64,000 nt of DNA, taken from the IMG/VR virus record IMGVR_UViG_3300035520_000308. One strand, given 5' to 3'. The position numbers were made by a program, and so were the translations under genes. Positions 60,788 through 64,000 of this stretch are shown here, piece after piece (the stretch's first letter is position 1; each line of letters starts with the position of its first letter). The stretch is from an uncultured virus (IMG/VR IMGVR_UViG_3300035520_000308). Its lineage: Duplodnaviria; Heunggongvirae; Uroviricota; Caudoviricetes. Below the pieces are notes generated by a model. It had not been told where the DNA came from and searched no databases. It was given only the letters and a program-made list of their open reading frames with translations.

Positions 60788-61400
60788 ACTAAAAATGATT
60801 AAAAAGGAGGTCCGCCAAATAATAAAATTTATCTGAACGAATAGTCATTATGGAGCTTGAATCCATCATGACCTTTTGGCTATTTCTTCTTCTCCTTGTA
60901 CCCGCTTGCGTATATTGCCCTTGCCTGTTTCTCGGCTTGACTTTTTGTCTTATATGTCTTTCCGGTATTTCCAAACTTGTAACCGGATTTTGTTTTATGT
61001 ACTGGCATTTCTCATCACCTCCGTGTAGTTATCATGTAAGGCTTATTTATATTGTTCCAATATAGAAATATTATAGTTTATATGAGTTATGTATTAATAT
61101 TGGATGTGTTAATGGAGTATTTATATATTATAATAAGCCTCTTTTTGTTTTTGAGAAAATTTAAGGCACTAACTAGGCGCGATTTTCGGCACTCGGAAAA
61201 CCCCTGTACCGGTCATCTGCGCCGGCATCTGTCCCCATGCTCCGTTCCATTGTTGAATTGTGTGAATTTTAATTCAATTCACCTCATATGCCGCCTATAT
61301 AGCGGTTAAACAATAATTTATCTGCTAAAACCATGATGTGAAATCACTACAACCCTTGATTTTGCTGGGGTTTGAATTGTGTCTAAATTGTACATGGCAT

Positions 61401-62045
61401 TTAACTGCTGTTCGTATCGGTTTGCTCGATGAATTGTGTCTGTTTTTCGCTCAAATTTGGCAATTCTGCGGCGCTTAAAACCTCTGTTTTTTTCGGAGCG
61501 TTTGACACATACGGACTATTCCAACCATGCCTGCGGTTGAGGATGGCAATCACACCAACAGGATTCTTGTTGCCGGTCGCTAATTTTGCCTCCAGACTAT
61601 CTTCGTTACCTTTGGAAAGTTTTTTGTAAATTTCAGAAGTCGATACACTTAGCTCTCTGCTTCCATTACCCCAACCATACAATGTATCTTGTGATATACC
61701 TGTAAGATATCCAAATCCACTAAATGTTATTTCTTTATCATTTACTAAACAGAGATATATATAATAGTCAAGTACATCATTAACATTATTTACATCATAA
61801 GCATTACAAGTACATTTATTTAAGTTACTATTGCTATTATTAACATATCCATTTAAAGGCTTATTGGATTTTAATTTATTTGTACCCTTGAATACATGTT
61901 TATTTATATATATAAGGGCGGCTGTCCATCTGCTCTGTGGCTCTTTGGTCATATCCTCGATTCTGTTCTCTTTGCAGAACTGGGATAAATATAAATCTAT
62001 GTCATTTTCAAAGACTTCAACGTCCTGCTCTTGTATCTTCTCCAT
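61401..62045 (-). CDS. Putative terminase small subunit
   Basis: FSGFGYLTGISQDTLYGW HTH; NPVGVIAILNRRHGW motif of gp3-like packaging proteins. Confidence 0.65.
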   Translation of the reverse strand: MEKIQEQDVEVFENDIDLYLSQFCKENRIEDMTKEPQSRWTAALIYINKHVFKGTNKLKSNKPLNGYVNNSNSNLNKCTCNAYDVNNVNDVLDYYIYLCLVNDKEITFSGFGYLTGISQDTLYGWGNGSRELSVSTSEIYKKLSKGNEDSLEAKLATGNKNPVGVIAILNRRHGWNSPYVSNAPKKTEVLSAAELPNLSEKQTQFIEQTDTNSS

Positions 62046-62083
62046 CTCTCATCACCTCTTTTCTGGAGCTTAAAAAAATAAAA

Positions 62084-62141
62084 AAATCCGCAGAAACTAA
62101 AGTGAAAAAAAATAAAATATACTTTTAGTTTCTACGGATTT
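62084..62141. repeat. Long inverted repeat upstream of the TerS-like gene
   Basis: aaatccgcagaaactaaa...tttagtttctacggattt. Confidence 0.6.
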
Positions 62142-62234
62142 AAAAAATCGTAGTGTCATTTGATTAATGTTTTAAATTGCTTGTATTATACCACACTGAA
62201 ATAAAATGTCAACATCAAATTTTATAAAATATAT

Positions 62235-62489
62235 TCACGAGAAAGGCAGATCAGGCAAATCGTCATTGCTGCTGTAAAAATCCGGATGCCTGATATCGCG
62301 CTCCTGAATCTTCTGTCTTTCCAGTCTTTCCAATTCTGCCAAAACAAGCCGATTCACAAATGAATTTATGCTTTCTCCTTGCGCTTTTATGCGCTCCTTT
62401 GTTCCCTTTGGAAATGCCACGTTTACAATATCTTTCTTTTCCTGATATGCCCTTATTGCATTTCTTGTATATTCCGGAGTTTTTCCCAT
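62235..62489 (-). CDS. Arc/RHH-like DNA-binding protein
   Basis: AIRAYQEKKDIVNVAFPKGTKERIKAQGESINSFVNRLV. Confidence 0.7.
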   Translation of the reverse strand: MGKTPEYTRNAIRAYQEKKDIVNVAFPKGTKERIKAQGESINSFVNRLVLAELERLERQKIQERDIRHPDFYSSNDDLPDLPFS

Positions 62490-62509
62490 GTTTTTCCTCG
62501 CTTTCCATA

Positions 62510-62698
62510 TTGTTATATAACGGCATTATATAACAACGTTATATAAAAGTCAATATAACATTTTATATAAAATTATATATAACAATGTTATATAAATGGT
62601 TATATAAAAAGATATATGATGTTGTTATATAAAATGATATATAAAAAGTTATATGACAATATTATATAAAATGCTTATATAAACACGTTATATAAATA
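62510..62698. repeat. Cluster of TTATATAA-type palindromic repeats
   Basis: Roughly ten exact or near copies of (g)ttatataa(a) in about 190 bp. Confidence 0.8.
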
Positions 62699-62709
62699 CG
62701 TAAAAAAGA

Positions 62710-62736
62710 AAACCGCCCGGAGGCGGTCATCTTTTT
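62710..62736. terminator. Intrinsic terminator
   Basis: accgcc-cgga-ggcggt flanked by A and T runs. Confidence 0.65.
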
Positions 62737-62968
62737 ACCGGATATCTGTAATTTCAACTAATGTTTTCGCTGCATCCTCATTTTGTTCAATTACCATAAA
62801 CTCTAAAATGTTTTCATTGTCCGTGCTAATCGTTCTGCTCTCTAAAAGCTCGTCAGCATCACCGGAGCCGTTCCAAAGTTCATCGAAATAAAATTCATCC
62901 CCGATTTCATTTTTTTTCACCGGATGCTGCAAAAACTTCTCTTTCATCTGGAATTTCAATCTTATCAA
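62735..62968 (-). CDS. Hypothetical protein
   Basis: ORF; start uncertain. Confidence 0.4.
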   Translation of the reverse strand: MIRLKFQMKEKFLQHPVKKNEIGDEFYFDELWNGSGDADELLESRTISTDNENILEFMVIEQNEDAAKTLVEITDIR

Positions 62969-63185
62969 TGTTCAACCCTGTTTCGTATTTCAAACATCTC
63001 TTTACTTCTTCCTCGGAAAGGTATAATTCTTCACCGGTCAGCCTAAAACAATCGTTTCTGTCAAATTCTCCGACTTTCACGGTGCAAAATGCTCCGTCTC
63101 CAAAACCTACGATTTTGTAAAATCCTTCTGTGTCCTGTAAAATCTGTCCTAACTCAACTCTTCTTGTTCTCATAATCTTCACCAT
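62907..63185 (-). CDS. Hypothetical protein
   Basis: ORF with upstream AGAAAGG. Confidence 0.5.
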   Translation of the reverse strand: MVKIMRTRRVELGQILQDTEGFYKIVGFGDGAFCTVKVGEFDRNDCFRLTGEELYLSEEEVKRCLKYETGLNIDKIEIPDEREVFAASGEKK

Positions 63186-63230
63186 TTCAGCCTTGCCGAC
63201 TGCCTTTCTTTTGATAGCTTAATTATATCA

Positions 63231-63607
63231 TAAGTGCATTATAATGTCAATACTATAAGTGCATTATTTTTTATATTTTTTCATTCTTTCTAATTCAGCG
63301 GCAACAACTTCTTTTATAAAAGCATTAGGCTTTTCAATTCCTAATGCTTTCATAGTGTTCTTTGTTCCAGCTGGAAAGATAACGTTAATTCTATCATTCT
63401 TCTTTTCGTACTCTCTTACTGCTTTTCTCTGCGCTTCTGTTGTTTTTAATTTAGTTTGTTCCATTTGTTTTCTCTCCCTTCTTTTTGTGATATTTATATC
63501 ATTATACAATAAGTGCGTTATATTGTCAATAGATAAGTGCATTATACAAAATGTACAAAATATAAGTGCATTATTTGTTTATTTTGCCTATTGTATAAGT
63601 GCATTAT
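63231..63607. promoter_or_regulatory. Six TAAGTGCATTAT operator-like direct repeats
   Basis: Copies at about 63231, 63257, 63510 (one mismatch), 63534, 63563 and 63596. Confidence 0.75.
63264..63464 (-). CDS. Arc/RHH-like DNA-binding protein (paralog of 62235-62489)
   Basis: AQRKAVREYEKKNDRINVIFPAGTK...AELER; start at MEQTK. Confidence 0.7.
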   Translation of the reverse strand: MEQTKLKTTEAQRKAVREYEKKNDRINVIFPAGTKNTMKALGIEKPNAFIKEVVAAELERMKKYKK

Positions 63608-63670
63608 ATATGCTATTATATATACAGAAACAAAGAACAGCAGAACACATAGAAAGGAATGGTGGTTATC

Positions 63671-63925
63671 ATGAAAGAAAACGCAAAAGTAAAAGTACAT
63701 TTATTTGACACAGTTGGAAAGGAAATCAAAACCAGAAATTTTGATAAGGTTTTTACAGTCTATAAGAAAAATGGAAGATATGGGATTGATTGGGTTGTTG
63801 ATAATGCTGACGGTGACGCTTTTGTTCCATTCTATCATTTCACAAGCGCAACAATTTTTGAAGATGTAAGCACTGGGAAGAAATATTATTTCGACAATAT
63901 AAAAAGATACATGGCAGAAATTTAG
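63671..63925 (+). CDS. Hypothetical protein
   Basis: ATG downstream of AGAAAGGA. Confidence 0.55.
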   Translation: MKENAKVKVHLFDTVGKEIKTRNFDKVFTVYKKNGRYGIDWVVDNADGDAFVPFYHFTSATIFEDVSTGKKYYFDNIKRYMAEI

Positions 63926-63979
63926 TCGAAACGCCTTCGGGCGTCTGGGGTAGGGCGGCAACCTTCCCACTGATGAGAC
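63925..63979 (+). ncRNA. Hammerhead ribozyme (type II permutation)
   Basis: GUC-GAAA-CGCC-UUCG-GGCG-UC^-UGGG...CCCA-CUGAUGA-GAC: intact core with stems I-III; predicted cleavage after 63945. Confidence 0.85.
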
Positions 63980-64000
63980 AAGCCGAAAAGAAAGAGAGGT

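Overview
About 64 kb of an AT-rich tailed (siphovirus-like) phage or prophage, probably of a Lachnospiraceae/Clostridia-type Firmicute (inferred from gene content). Nearly all genes are on the minus strand. Left to right: replication/recombination/early genes (primase-helicase, replisome organiser, methylases, SSB, MBL nuclease, RecT-like annealase, SMC-like ATPase), cro/cI switch, lysis, tail, head, portal, TerL, nucleotide metabolism, a second initiator, a cluster of aberrant tRNA-like elements, TerS-like gene, RHH regulators with operator repeats, and a hammerhead ribozyme. The most striking feature is at 18895-20619: a RAMP/Cas7-like gene and a conserved phage gene flank a 600-bp non-coding array. 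The array holds five tracts of 12-14 pentamers (RNA sense NN-A[C/U/A]A), four of them enclosed by unique 25-29 bp G-U-rich stems. Read as codon positions 1-2, the variable dinucleotides spell protein-like strings, including TPLRDGDI(D/E)R (DUF2815 phage SSB motif) and QLERLKRSIKEY (ParB-like). This suggests an RNA-guided system with a wobble-skipping code aimed at rival phages (VIPR-like). There is also a DGR-type variable region with no template repeat or reverse transcriptase visible in the window. All family assignments come from motif recognition by eye, not from database searches.
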